The notes under the pieces are model-generated. The model was not told the origin of the DNA, ran no database searches, and saw nothing but the letters and a program-made list of their open reading frames with translations. Of a DNA stretch of 64,000 nt, positions 1-9,660 are shown piece by piece. Source of the stretch: Candidatus Krumholzibacteriia bacterium (GTDB lineage: Bacteria > Krumholzibacteriota > Krumholzibacteriia > JAJRXK01); contig JBGPIA010000014.1 of NCBI GenBank assembly GCA_041484665.1, forward strand, positions 32,001-96,000, in the 5' to 3' direction. Numbering within the stretch: position 1 is the first letter of the stretch; every line of letters starts with the position of its first letter. The position numbers and the translations under genes were made by a program.

Positions 1-1499
1 ACGATCATCGCCATCAGCCCCAGCCGCGCCAGGTCGTGGCGCCGCGTGGGCGCGATGCCCGAGATGCCGCCGATCTGGATGGCGATCGAGGCGAAGTTCG
101 CGAACCCCGACAGCGCGTATGAGCAGATGACCATCGACCGATACGAAAGCGGCTGGCCGGTCTTGAGGATCTCGGACATCTGCAGGTAGGCGACAAACTC
201 GTTCACCACGGTCTTGATGCCGATCAGCTTTCCCACCGTGAAGCAGTCCTGCGTGGGGACGCCCATGATCCAGGCGACGGGCCACGACAGCGCGCCCAGC
301 AGGCCCTCCAGCGATGCGCCGTGCACGCCGACCAGCTTGCCGCCCCACTGCACGACCGAATTGAGCATCGCGATCAGAGCGATGAACGCCAAGAGCATCG
401 CACCGACGTTCAGCGCCAGCGTGAGTCCCTCGGAGGCGCCGCGGGCAGCCGCATCCAGCACGTTGGCGTCGATCTTCTCGCCGTCCATGCGGATCTCCCG
501 GCCGGCCGTCTTGGGCGTCCCCCGTTCGGGGAGCACGATCTTCGAGCAGACCAGGGCGGCCGGCGCTGACATCACCGACTGGGCGATCAGGTGCCCCGCG
601 ATATCGGGAAAATACGGACTGAGCATCCCCACGTAGGCCGCCAGCACGCCGCCGGCCGTGTTGGCGAAGCCGCCCACCATGACGGCCATGAGCTCGCTCT
701 GGGTCATGTCGGCCACGTAGGGCTTGACCACCAGGGGGGCCTCGGTCTGCCCGACGAAGATGTTGGCCGCAGTGGACAGCGTCTCGGCACCGGAAGTCCT
801 CATCGTGCGCTGCATGGCCACGGCGAAGACCCACACGACCCGCTGCATCAGCCCGATGTGGTACAGGATCGTCATCAGCGACGAGAAGAAGATGATGGTG
901 GGGAGCACTTGAAAAACGAAGTTCTGCAGCGGGCTCTCGATGTGGCCGGTGATGAAGGAGCGAAACAGGAAGTTGGTGCCCTGCTGCGTAAAGCCCAAGA
1001 GCGCCATGGTCGCGTCGTTGAGCTTGTCGAAGATCCACAGTCCCGGCGCCGTCTTGAGTACGAAGAAGCCGAACAACAACTGCAGCGCGAGCCCCCACGC
1101 CACCAGCCGCCACGGCACGTGCCGGCGGTCGCGCGACAGGAGCCAGCAGATGCCGACGAACGCGACCAGGCCCAGAAACGAGATCGCGCGCTGGACGGGC
1201 GTGGACGGGACGTGCTGCGCGCGGCGGCGCGCGATCTCCTCCTGGATGGCCTGGGAGGGAGGTGCGGGGGCGGCACCGGAGGCGGCGCTGGAGTCGGGGC
1301 CAGAAGTGAGGGCGGCCGCGGGGCTGGAGTCGGCGCCGGTGGCGGGGCTGGAGATCGCGTCGGCTCCCGGTGCGCCCGCGGGCAGCGAATCCCGCGGCGC
1401 GACCGCAGCGATGGCCATCAGGCCGACGGCGCCCAGGACACCGCAGCAGACCAGGAAGAGCCAGATGCGCAGGCTCCGGCGCAGCGGAAGCGATCGCAT
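1..1499 (-). CDS. nupC: NupC/CNT-family concentrative nucleoside transporter (3' end runs off window)
   Basis: Manual translation from ATG at 1499 gives VLPTIIFFSSL, SGAETLSTAANIFVGQTEAPL, NEFVAY and GFANFASIAIQIGGI, all CNT motifs; no stop before position 1. Confidence 0.92.
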   Translation of the reverse strand, partial: MRSLPLRRSLRIWLFLVCCGVLGAVGLMAIAAVAPRDSLPAGAPGADAISSPATGADSSPAAALTSGPDSSAASGAAPAPPSQAIQEEIARRRAQHVPSTPVQRAISFLGLVAFVGICWLLSRDRRHVPWRLVAWGLALQLLFGFFVLKTAPGLWIFDKLNDATMALLGFTQQGTNFLFRSFITGHIESPLQNFVFQVLPTIIFFSSLMTILYHIGLMQRVVWVFAVAMQRTMRTSGAETLSTAANIFVGQTEAPLVVKPYVADMTQSELMAVMVGGFANTAGGVLAAYVGMLSPYFPDIAGHLIAQSVMSAPAALVCSKIVLPERGTPKTAGREIRMDGEKIDANVLDAAARGASEGLTLALNVGAMLLAFIALIAMLNSVVQWGGKLVGVHGASLEGLLGALSWPVAWIMGVPTQDCFTVGKLIGIKTVVNEFVAYLQMSEILKTGQPLSYRSMVICSYALSGFANFASIAIQIGGISGIAPTRRHDLARLGLMAMI

Positions 1500-1779
1500 G
1501 GGGCCGCAGTATAGGCCATCGCCCCCGCGGGCCCAATCGCTGTATATGAGGACGCGTGATGCCCGCGGCCCGCCGGGCGTCGAGTCGGTGAGCGGCGCAG
1601 GTGGTGGGCGCGCCACGGGCGGTGGGCGCAGCGCCGGCAGCAAGCGCAGCACTGCCGGCGGGTACGGCGCCCCGCCAGCGGGCGCGGCGGGTTTAGCACT
1701 GCCGGCGGGCACGGCAGGCGCCGCCAGCGGGCTCGGCGGGTTCAGCGCTGCCCGCGGGCGCGGCAGGCGCCGCCAGCGG

Positions 1780-2274
1780 CTACAGTTTCAGGTCGCCGCT
1801 CATCTGCTGCGCCTTGCGCTCGAATCTCTTCTCCAGCGGCAGCAGCAGTGCCAGCACGACCAGCGAGATCAGCGTGCCGGTGACGGCCAGCGGGTAGAGC
1901 GCGCAGCCGGCCGCCGTGCCGACGGCAGCGGCCATCCAGATGGTACTCGCCGTGGTGAGCCCCCTGATCTCCATCCGCTCGCTGAGCTTCAGGATCGTCC
2001 CGGCACCGAGGAAGCCGATCCCGGCTGCGATGCCCTGGATCACGCGGCTGACGTCGGACGTCGTGGTCGGCTGGGTGCCCGGCGGCAGGTGCATCACGGA
2101 CAGCTCCGCGCTGGTGGCGACGAAGATGGCAGCCCCCAGGGCGACCATCATGTGCGTGCGCAGGCCGGCCCAATGGCCGTGGATCTGCCGCTCGATGCCC
2201 AGCAGGGCCCCCAGCGCGCTGGCCACGGCCAGGCGGATGAGCATATCGATGTTGGAATGCGCGATCACGTTCAT
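1780..2274 (-). CDS. MgtC/SapB family membrane protein
   Basis: LLGIERQ..AGLRTHMMVALG, SRVIQGIAAGIGFLGAGTI, GLTTASTIW; start set at MNVIAH. Confidence 0.9.
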   Translation of the reverse strand: MNVIAHSNIDMLIRLAVASALGALLGIERQIHGHWAGLRTHMMVALGAAIFVATSAELSVMHLPPGTQPTTTSDVSRVIQGIAAGIGFLGAGTILKLSERMEIRGLTTASTIWMAAAVGTAAGCALYPLAVTGTLISLVVLALLLPLEKRFERKAQQMSGDLKL

Positions 2275-2357
2275 GGTCTTTGTCCCGCGGGGACCTGCGG
2301 CGCGGTTCCCGGGCACTGGATACGCGCCCATGCCCGCGTCCGCCGGCACCCGCGCGC

Positions 2358-4529
2358 TCAGGTGCCCAGCAGCGCCTCCAGCTCCTTCACCGTGTCGGCG
2401 AAGCGTTTCAACGCGGCTTCGATGGGGGCCGGCTGCGTGAGGTCGACTCCCGCCAGCTTCAGCAGCTCTAGCGGCGGGCGCGAGCAGCCGCCCGAGAGCA
2501 TCTGCAGGTAGCCGTCCACCGCCTTGGGACCTTCCGCCTTCATGCGGTAGGCGATGGAGATGCCGCTCGCCAGCCCCGTCGCGTATGTGTAGACGTAGTA
2601 CTTGTAGTAGAAGTGCGGGATGTAGGCCCACTCCATCCCATCGTTCTCGCCCAGCGTATAAGCCGGCCCGTAATAGCGGTGGATCAGGTCGGTGTAGAGC
2701 TGCTCGAGCGCCGTTGCGTTCACCGACTTGCCCGTCTCCACCATCTCATGCGCTTTGCGCTCGAACTCCGAGAAGAGCGTCTGGCGGTAGATCGTCGTGC
2801 GGATGCTCTCGGCACGTTTGGTGAGGAGGTAGGCCTTCTGCGCCTTGTCCTTCGCGGCGGTGATCAGGGCGTCGGCCAGCAGTGCCTCATTGCAGGTGGA
2901 GGCGATCTCGGCCAGGAACGGAACGTAGCGGAACGAGGAGTACGGCTGGTGGGTCATGGCCAGGTGGCTGTGCAGAGCGTGGCCGTACTCGTGGGCGAGC
3001 GTGAACATGTCGTCCAGGCTGTCCTGATAGTTGATCAGCACGTACGGGTGGCTCCCGTACACGCTGGAGGAGAACGCCCCACTGCGTTTGTCCTTGGACG
3101 GGTAGAGATCGAGCCATCCGTTGTGCGGGTCCAACCCCGTCTGCAGCACGTCGATGTAGCTCTTCCCCAGGGGCGCCAGCGCGCCCTCGATCGTGGTGCG
3201 GGCCTGCTCGAAGGGGATCTTGAGGTCCACCTGCGGCACGAGTGGTGTGTACAGGTCGTACAAGCGCAGCTCGGATACGCCGAGCACCCGCTTGCGCAGC
3301 TCCATGTAGCGGTGCAGCGGCTCGAGGTTCGCGTTGACCGTAGCGATCAGGTTGTCATGCACCGCCGTAGGGACGGCGTCCTTGTCCATGTAGGCAGCCA
3401 ACGCGGTGTCGTACCCGCGGGAACGCGCGTAGGTCACGTCGAGCTCCAACTGACCGGCCAGCGTGGCCGCCAGCGCGTGTTGGTACTGCCGCAAGGTCGC
3501 CAGGAACGCCTCGACGGCCTCCTTGCGCACTGCGCGGTTCTTCGAGAGACGGAACGCGCCGTAGTTGGCCTGCGTGAGCTGGATTTCCTTGCCCTGGTCG
3601 TCGTGCACCTTCGGCCACTGGATGTCGGTCAGCATGGCCGTAAACGCGTCCTCGTACCCCGACGGGATCTCGTTGAGGTCGATCTCGGCCCAAAGGTTGT
3701 CACCGGCCAGCACCAGGACGCGCTCGGCGTCGGCGGAGAGCGCCCGGCTCTTGCGCCGGCGCAGGTTGTCCAGGTAGGGCTTGTGCTTGGCCAGTCCCGG
3801 CTGCGCTCCGTAGGCCGCCGCCATCTGCGCGTCGGACAGCGCGAGCAGCTCGCTGCGCAAGAACGTCGCCTGCCCCATCAGCTCGTCCATCAAGGCCAGG
3901 CTGCGGTGCTGCAGCGACTGGAGCGCGTCGTTGGAGAGCGCGGTCGAGGTCTGCAGGTTGGCGTACAGCGTTGCCCGATTGATGCGGTCGTGGAGGCTGA
4001 AGTACAGCTCCATGCAGCGCGCCAGCGCCGCCGGGTCGGCCAGCTTGCCCTTGAACTCCGCGAGCTGCTTCAGCTCGCCCGAGAGCGCGGTCATCGCCTG
4101 GTCGGACGCCTGGTCGGAGGCGAACAGCGGCGCCAGGTCCCAGGTGTACAGGCTGGGGATTTTCGCGCGCTCGACGGTGGCGTCGGGGGTGTAGGCGGGG
4201 ATGGCTTCCGCCGCTGGTGTCGGCTTCGGCGCCGCAGCCGTGGGGTCGGGCGCCGCAGCCGTGGCCTGAGACACCGCAGCGGTGGGCTGAAACGCCGCAA
4301 CCGTCGCGGGCTGACCGGCGGGCGCCGGGGCGGGCGCGGCAGCCGACGCTGCGGCGTCCGGCATGGCCGCGAGCACGGTGGCCGCGAGCAGCAGCGCAGC
4401 CGCCAGCCCGGCGGCCGCCGCGCCCGAGCTGGCCAGCGCGTGCGAACCGTGCGCCGGATGCCGGGAACACCACGACGAAGACCACGGCGAATACAATGAT
4501 GCGCGCAGCGAACGGATCCACGTTTCCAT
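2358..4529 (-). CDS. pepF: Oligoendopeptidase F (peptidase M3B) with N-terminal signal-like and Ala/Pro-rich extension
   Basis: YTWDL, KRSGAFS, HPYVLINY, TLAHEYGHALHS (HExxH), AEIAST, WAYIPHFY; start uncertain. Confidence 0.92.
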   Translation of the reverse strand: METWIRSLRASLYSPWSSSWCSRHPAHGSHALASSGAAAAGLAAALLLAATVLAAMPDAAASAAAPAPAPAGQPATVAAFQPTAAVSQATAAAPDPTAAAPKPTPAAEAIPAYTPDATVERAKIPSLYTWDLAPLFASDQASDQAMTALSGELKQLAEFKGKLADPAALARCMELYFSLHDRINRATLYANLQTSTALSNDALQSLQHRSLALMDELMGQATFLRSELLALSDAQMAAAYGAQPGLAKHKPYLDNLRRRKSRALSADAERVLVLAGDNLWAEIDLNEIPSGYEDAFTAMLTDIQWPKVHDDQGKEIQLTQANYGAFRLSKNRAVRKEAVEAFLATLRQYQHALAATLAGQLELDVTYARSRGYDTALAAYMDKDAVPTAVHDNLIATVNANLEPLHRYMELRKRVLGVSELRLYDLYTPLVPQVDLKIPFEQARTTIEGALAPLGKSYIDVLQTGLDPHNGWLDLYPSKDKRSGAFSSSVYGSHPYVLINYQDSLDDMFTLAHEYGHALHSHLAMTHQPYSSFRYVPFLAEIASTCNEALLADALITAAKDKAQKAYLLTKRAESIRTTIYRQTLFSEFERKAHEMVETGKSVNATALEQLYTDLIHRYYGPAYTLGENDGMEWAYIPHFYYKYYVYTYATGLASGISIAYRMKAEGPKAVDGYLQMLSGGCSRPPLELLKLAGVDLTQPAPIEAALKRFADTVKELEALLGT

Positions 4530-4575
4530 CGCCGACCCCCCTACCTGGCCTGCTCGACTCGATGTTGTCGCGGCC

Positions 4576-5955
4576 TCAACCGCCCACCGGAGCGAACCGG
4601 GCGGTGAAGTGCCGCAGGAACGGCGCCTGCTCGACGATGCGCATGCCCCGGATCGAGCTCTTGCGCGCCGCGACCTGCAGGATCGCCTCCACGACATAGT
4701 CCACGTGGCTCTGGGTGTAGACGCGGCGCGGGATGGCGAGCCGCACGAGCTCCATGGGCGCCTGCGTCTCCGCGCCCGTCTGCGGGTCGCGGTGGCCGAA
4801 CATCACCGAGCCCACCTCGACCGAGCGGATGCCCGCCTCGAGGTAGAGCTCGTCCACCAACGCCTGCCCAGGATACTGGTTGGGCGGAATGTGGGGAAGC
4901 ATGGCCTTGGCGTCGATGTAGATGGCGTGCCCCCCGGGCGGCTGGACGATGGGCACGCCCTCCTGGGAGATGTGCTTGCCCAGGTACGCGGTCGACGCGA
5001 TGCGGTACTGCAGGTAGTCCTCGTGCAGCACCTCCTCCAGGCCGATGGCGATCGCCTCCAGGTCGCGCCCGGCCAGCCCGCCGTAGGTAGGAAAGCCCTC
5101 GGTCAGGATCAGCAGGTTGCGCTCCTGCTCGGCGAGCTTGTCGTCGTTGGTGCACAAAAAGCCGCCGATGTTGGCCAGCCCATCCTTCTTGGCCGACATG
5201 GTGCAGCCGTCGGCCAGCGCGAACATCTCCCGCGCGATCGCCTTGACCGAACGGTCGGCGTAGCCCCGCTCGCGCAGCTTGATGAAGTAGGCGTTCTCTG
5301 CGAAGCGGCAGGCGTCTAGGTAGAGCGGGATGCCATGGGGCGCCACCACGTCGCGCACGGCGCGGATGTTCGCCATCGAGACCGGCTGACCGCCGCCGGA
5401 GTTGTTGGTGATGGTGAGCATCACCAGGGGGATGCGCTTGGGCCCCACCTCGGCGATCAAGCGCTGCAGCGCCTCCACGTCCATGTTGCCCTTGAACGGG
5501 TGCTGCACCTGCGGCTGCAGGGTCTCGGCGATGGGCAGGTCGCGGGCGATGCCGCCACGATACTCGATGTTGGCGCGCGTCGTGTCGAAGTGCGTGTTGT
5601 TGGGGACGACATCTTCCTCGTCGCACAGCAACGAGAACAGGATCCGCTCGGCGGCGCGGCCCTGGTGCGTCGGGATGACGTGCTTGAAGCCGAAGACACT
5701 CGCCACCGCGTCGCGGAAGCGATACCAGCTCTGGCTGCAGGCGTAGGCCTCGTCGCCGCGCATCACCCCGGCCCACTGCTCGGCGCTCATGGCAGCGGTC
5801 CCGCTGTCGGTGAGCAGGTCGATCAGGACGTCGTCGGACTTCACCAGGAACAGGTTGTATCCGGCCTGCTCCAGGATGTGGGCACGCTCTGGGCGGGTGG
5901 TCATCCGGATGGGCTCGACCACCTTGATCTTGAAGGGCTCGATGATCGTCTTCAT
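4576..5955 (-). CDS. tnaA: Tryptophanase (PLP beta-eliminating lyase)
   Basis: EPFKIKVVEPI, IDLLTDSGT, THQGRAAE, MSAKKD (PLP lysine); C-terminal LRHFTA favours TnaA over tyrosine phenol-lyase (LRFFTA). Confidence 0.88.
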   Translation of the reverse strand: MKTIIEPFKIKVVEPIRMTTRPERAHILEQAGYNLFLVKSDDVLIDLLTDSGTAAMSAEQWAGVMRGDEAYACSQSWYRFRDAVASVFGFKHVIPTHQGRAAERILFSLLCDEEDVVPNNTHFDTTRANIEYRGGIARDLPIAETLQPQVQHPFKGNMDVEALQRLIAEVGPKRIPLVMLTITNNSGGGQPVSMANIRAVRDVVAPHGIPLYLDACRFAENAYFIKLRERGYADRSVKAIAREMFALADGCTMSAKKDGLANIGGFLCTNDDKLAEQERNLLILTEGFPTYGGLAGRDLEAIAIGLEEVLHEDYLQYRIASTAYLGKHISQEGVPIVQPPGGHAIYIDAKAMLPHIPPNQYPGQALVDELYLEAGIRSVEVGSVMFGHRDPQTGAETQAPMELVRLAIPRRVYTQSHVDYVVEAILQVAARKSSIRGMRIVEQAPFLRHFTARFAPVGG

Positions 5956-6052
5956 CGCGCGTCCCGCAGAGCGTGAGGAGGATAGCAGAGATCGCGGCGG
6001 GGAGCGCCGCGATCTCGTGAAGGAAGCGATAAAGGGCCGGCCAGCGTCGTGC

Positions 6053-6232
6053 TCAGGCCTCGATCATCTCGATCGCCTGGTTCGCGCAGGCGTCCACGCA
6101 CGCCTGGCACTCGGTGCACTCCTCCGCGTTCACCTTCGCAAGGTCCTCCACGATGGTGATCGCCTCGGTCGGGCAAGCATCGATGCAGTCCTTGGCGGCC
6201 TTGCAGAGGGTGACGTTCACACGAGCAGGCAT
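6053..6232 (-). CDS. Small dicluster ferredoxin (59 aa)
   Basis: CKAAKDCIDACP and CTECQACVDAC motifs; GGAG RBS upstream. Confidence 0.88.
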   Translation of the reverse strand: MPARVNVTLCKAAKDCIDACPTEAITIVEDLAKVNAEECTECQACVDACANQAIEMIEA

Positions 6233-6412
6233 GGCGTTGTCTCCTTGGCGTGGTCGATGGGGGATTGCTGCTCCACTCCCGCCGGCTGGCACCGCCACAG
6301 CAGCCGGCAGCGCCCGCTCCGCACGGCCCGGCCCCCGCGGGGGAGCCGGGCCGCCGGTTGGGAGTGCGCGCTCGCGCGCGCGCCACAAAGCAAGGATACG
6401 GGCCGCCGACAG

Positions 6413-6427
6413 GCAAGCTGCTCGCCA
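6413..6427 (-). promoter_or_regulatory. Putative sigma-54 -24/-12 promoter for the ferredoxin-tnaA-pepF unit
   Basis: Minus strand TGGCGAGCAGCTTGC matches TGGC-N7-TTGC. Confidence 0.45.
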
Positions 6428-6750
6428 GGACCAGGCCGGCAGGCATCGGCGCGATGCGGTACGCCGCAGCTGCGGTGCGGTACTCCGAAGTCGCCCTGCG
6501 GCCTGTCGCGGGCGCGCTGCGGTGCGATGCGGTACTTCGGGGGGGCGATGTGGTGCAATGCGGCCCGCCGCGCATGCCGTGCGGTGAGTCGCAGGTGGGA
6601 CCCGCTGCACCGCGGACGCAGCCCGGCGCCGCGAGCGCGCGTACAGCAGGGCGCGCGCAGCGCGCTGTGCGCGGCTTGACCCGCGGCCTTTGGTTCCTAT
6701 CGTTGCGCCGGCAGAACGCTGCCCGCGTGCGCGGCCCCCGGCGGAAGAGT

Positions 6751-6765
6751 TGGCACGAAGCAAGC
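6751..6765 (+). promoter_or_regulatory. Putative sigma-54 -24/-12 promoter for the nfnAB-like operon
   Basis: TGGCACGAAGCAAGC (GG-N10-GC, perfect TGGCACG half), about 60 nt before ATG 6827. Confidence 0.45.
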
Positions 6766-6826
6766 AAATCCGGGGGCCAGCGCCCGCCGCGAGCGCGGCA
6801 CATCACAATTCCAGAATCGAGCGCCG

Positions 6827-7894
6827 ATGAGCAGCACGAGCATCACCAACAGCCCGACCCCCGGCGCCGTCGAGCACGCCTGTCTCTCGACGGGCACCAA
6901 GTTCGCGATCCTGCGCCGCAGGATCCTCACCGCCGGGCAGGACGGCATCCTGGAGCTCGTGATCGATGCTCCATGGATCGCCCGGCACGCGCAGGCCGGC
7001 CAGTTCGTCATCGTGCGCACGTGCGCGCGCGGCGAGCGCATCCCGCTGACGATCGCGGCCTACGACCGCCGCGCCGGCACCATCACCCTGATCTTCCAGA
7101 TGGTGGGCTACTCGACGCGCCTCATGGGCGAGCTGCGCGAGAAGGACACGCTGCTGGACGTGCTGGGCCCGCTGGGCACGCCCATCCCCATCCACAAACA
7201 CGATCGTCCCGTCGTCTGCATCGGTGGCGGCGTGGGCGTCGCTCCGATCTGGCCCAAGGTCAAGGAGCTCCATGAGATCGGCAACGAGGTGATCACGATC
7301 ATCGGGGCGCGCACCAAGGACCTGCTGATCCTCGAGGACGAGCTGCGGCCGATCTCGTCGACGCTGCACGTCACGACCGATGACGGCAGCTACGGGCGCC
7401 ACGGCTTCGTCACCGCCGTCCTGCACGACATCCTGGCACAGCGCCACGGCCAGCTCGCTCTGGTGATCGCCGTGGGTCCCTTGCCCATGATGGAGGCGGT
7501 GGTCAAGGAGATGGCGGGCAAGGGCTTTCGCGACCCCTACGATCCCGCCCAGCACTACGACCCCGCGCGAATTCCGTGCATCGTGAGCCTCAACCCCATC
7601 ATGGTGGACGGAACCGGCATGTGCGGAGGCTGCCGCATCGGCCTGTGGGACTTCTCCAAGGGCCGCTACGAGGCCCGCTTCTGCTGTGTGGACGGCCCCG
7701 CCTTCGATGGCTACGCCGTGGACTTCGCCGCGCTCACGCAGCGCAATCGCCAGTACGCAGCCCACGAGGAGATCGCGCGAGAGAGCATCCGGGAGGGCGT
7801 CGCCCCACAGACGGCTTTGGAGCGCGTCGCGTTGCACGGCATCGCCCAGGAAAAGGTGGTGGCAGGGCATGGACCGGCCAAACAGCGTGGATGA
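6827..7894 (+). CDS. NfnA/SudB-like FAD/NAD-binding [2Fe-2S] subunit (PyrK-like)
   Basis: AGQFVIVR..GERIPLTI, GPLG, GGGVGVAP, TDDGSYG, SLNPIMVDGTGMCGGCR..CVDGP. Confidence 0.9.
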   Translation: MSSTSITNSPTPGAVEHACLSTGTKFAILRRRILTAGQDGILELVIDAPWIARHAQAGQFVIVRTCARGERIPLTIAAYDRRAGTITLIFQMVGYSTRLMGELREKDTLLDVLGPLGTPIPIHKHDRPVVCIGGGVGVAPIWPKVKELHEIGNEVITIIGARTKDLLILEDELRPISSTLHVTTDDGSYGRHGFVTAVLHDILAQRHGQLALVIAVGPLPMMEAVVKEMAGKGFRDPYDPAQHYDPARIPCIVSLNPIMVDGTGMCGGCRIGLWDFSKGRYEARFCCVDGPAFDGYAVDFAALTQRNRQYAAHEEIARESIREGVAPQTALERVALHGIAQEKVVAGHGPAKQRG

Positions 7895-9623
7895 CAAGTC
7901 GGCAGCCCGGCCTCGCCACCCGGCGCTGAAGCAGAAGACCAAGACGTCCATGCCGATACAGGATCCGGCGGTCCGCGCGCACAACTTCTCGGTGGTCGAG
8001 CTGGGCTATACCTCCGCGCTCGCGGCGAATGAGAGCAACCGCTGCGTAGCCTGCAAGGACCCTGCGTGCGTCCCCCTGTGCCCGGTCGAGATCGACATCC
8101 GCTCGATGGTCGACTTCCTGAAGGCGCAGGACTACGAGGCCGCCTATCAGGTCATAGCAAAGAGCAACCTGTTTCCGTCGATCACCGGGCGCGTCTGCCC
8201 GCAGGAGAGCCAGTGCGAATCCACCTGCATCCGCGGCGCCAAGGGCGAGCCTGTCGGGATCGGCTTCCTGGAGAAGTTCCTGGGTGACTGGGCGCGTGAG
8301 CGTGGGCTGCGGCCCAAGGCAGATCTGCCGCCGTGGAACGGCAAGCGGGTCGCCATCATCGGCAGCGGTCCGGCCGGCATGAGCGCGGCCGCCGATCTGG
8401 TGCGCTTCGGCTACAAAGTGACGATGTTCGAGGCGCTGCATCGGCCGGGAGGCGTGCTGATCTACGGCATCCCCGAGTTCCGTCTGCCCAAGGCGATCGT
8501 CGACTACGAGATTGATAACCTGCGCACGCTGGGCGTGCAGATCGTGGTCAACTGCCTGGTGGGCCGCACGATCCCCATGGAGGAGCTGGAGCAGGACTAC
8601 GACGCGATCTTCATCGGTACGGGGGCCGGCCTGCCGTACTTCATGGACATCCCGGGCGAGCAGCTCTCGGGCGTCTACTCGGCCAACGAGTTCCTCACGC
8701 GCGCCAATCTGATGGAGGCCCGCTCCTTTCCACAGGCACCGACGCCCATCCACGTGGGCAAGCGGGTCGCCGTGGTGGGCGGCGGCAACGTGGCGATGGA
8801 TGGCGCGCGCGTGGCTCTGCGTATGGGTGCCGAGCACGTGGACATCGTCTACCGGCGCACCGAGGACGAGATGCCTGCGCGCCGCGACGAGATCCACCAT
8901 GCGCAGGAGGAGGGCATCAACTTCCTGCTGCTCCATGCTCCGGTGGCCATCTACGGCGACGCGCGCGGCTGGGTGAAGGAAATCGAGCTCATCAAGATGG
9001 AGCTCGGCCAGCCGGACGAGTCTGGCCGGCGGCGGCCGGTCCCGGTGGCGGGTTCGAACTACCGGCTGCCGTACGACGTGGTGGTGATGGCGATCGGGCA
9101 GGGACCCAACCCGTTGCTGGCCAGACTCACACCCAGTCTCAAGACCAACAAGACCGGCAACATAGTGGTGGAGAAGCAAACCCTCGCGGTACAGGGCGTG
9201 GTGTCGTCGCTGGGCGGGGGGAACGAGCGCAGGCCGGCGGCCGGCAATGGCAACGGGAACGGCCAGGGGAACGCCCGCGAGAACGGCTACGGGAGCAGCA
9301 GCGGGAACAGCAGCGGGAATGGCCAGCAGGACAGCCACACCAAGCTCCACGCAGCGTCAGCGGAGTTCGGTTGCGGTCGCAGCGCCGCGGCGGCGGGTGG
9401 AGGGGGCGGAAAGGGTGGAGAGGGTGGGGTGCAAGCCGCCGCGGCGCGGCGCCGTCCGGTCATCTGTGCTGGCGGCGATATCATCGGCTCGCAGGCCGGC
9501 GCCGGCGGCACGGTGATTGCGGCGATGGGGCACGGCAAGGTCGCGGCGCGAACGATCCATCAGGCGCTGGAGCTCGCCGCGACCGCTGGCGAGCGCCCCG
9601 GCCCGGCCGGCGCCAGCAGCTGA
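7869..9623 (+). CDS. NfnB/SudA-like (GltD-type) NADPH oxidoreductase subunit
   Basis: RCVACKDPACVPLCP, GRVCPQESQCE, IIGSGPAG, YGIPEFRLPK, GGGNVAMD, AGGD..TVIAAMG; start 7869 (ATG) or 7887 (GTG). Confidence 0.9.
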   Translation: MDRPNSVDDKSAARPRHPALKQKTKTSMPIQDPAVRAHNFSVVELGYTSALAANESNRCVACKDPACVPLCPVEIDIRSMVDFLKAQDYEAAYQVIAKSNLFPSITGRVCPQESQCESTCIRGAKGEPVGIGFLEKFLGDWARERGLRPKADLPPWNGKRVAIIGSGPAGMSAAADLVRFGYKVTMFEALHRPGGVLIYGIPEFRLPKAIVDYEIDNLRTLGVQIVVNCLVGRTIPMEELEQDYDAIFIGTGAGLPYFMDIPGEQLSGVYSANEFLTRANLMEARSFPQAPTPIHVGKRVAVVGGGNVAMDGARVALRMGAEHVDIVYRRTEDEMPARRDEIHHAQEEGINFLLLHAPVAIYGDARGWVKEIELIKMELGQPDESGRRRPVPVAGSNYRLPYDVVVMAIGQGPNPLLARLTPSLKTNKTGNIVVEKQTLAVQGVVSSLGGGNERRPAAGNGNGNGQGNARENGYGSSSGNSSGNGQQDSHTKLHAASAEFGCGRSAAAAGGGGGKGGEGGVQAAAARRRPVICAGGDIIGSQAGAGGTVIAAMGHGKVAARTIHQALELAATAGERPGPAGASS

Positions 9624-9660
9624 TCCGCAGCCGCCCGCAGAGCGCGCACCGCGAAGTCTC

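Noticed and set aside
4576..5955. Tyrosine phenol-lyase
   Set aside because: LRHFTA and IRSVEVG match tryptophanase rather than Tpl (LRFFTA, SMERG)
7869..9623. True glutamate synthase small subunit, or an intein in the insertion
   Set aside because: No gltB nearby and it is paired with an NfnA/SudB-like gene; the insertion lacks intein terminal motifs
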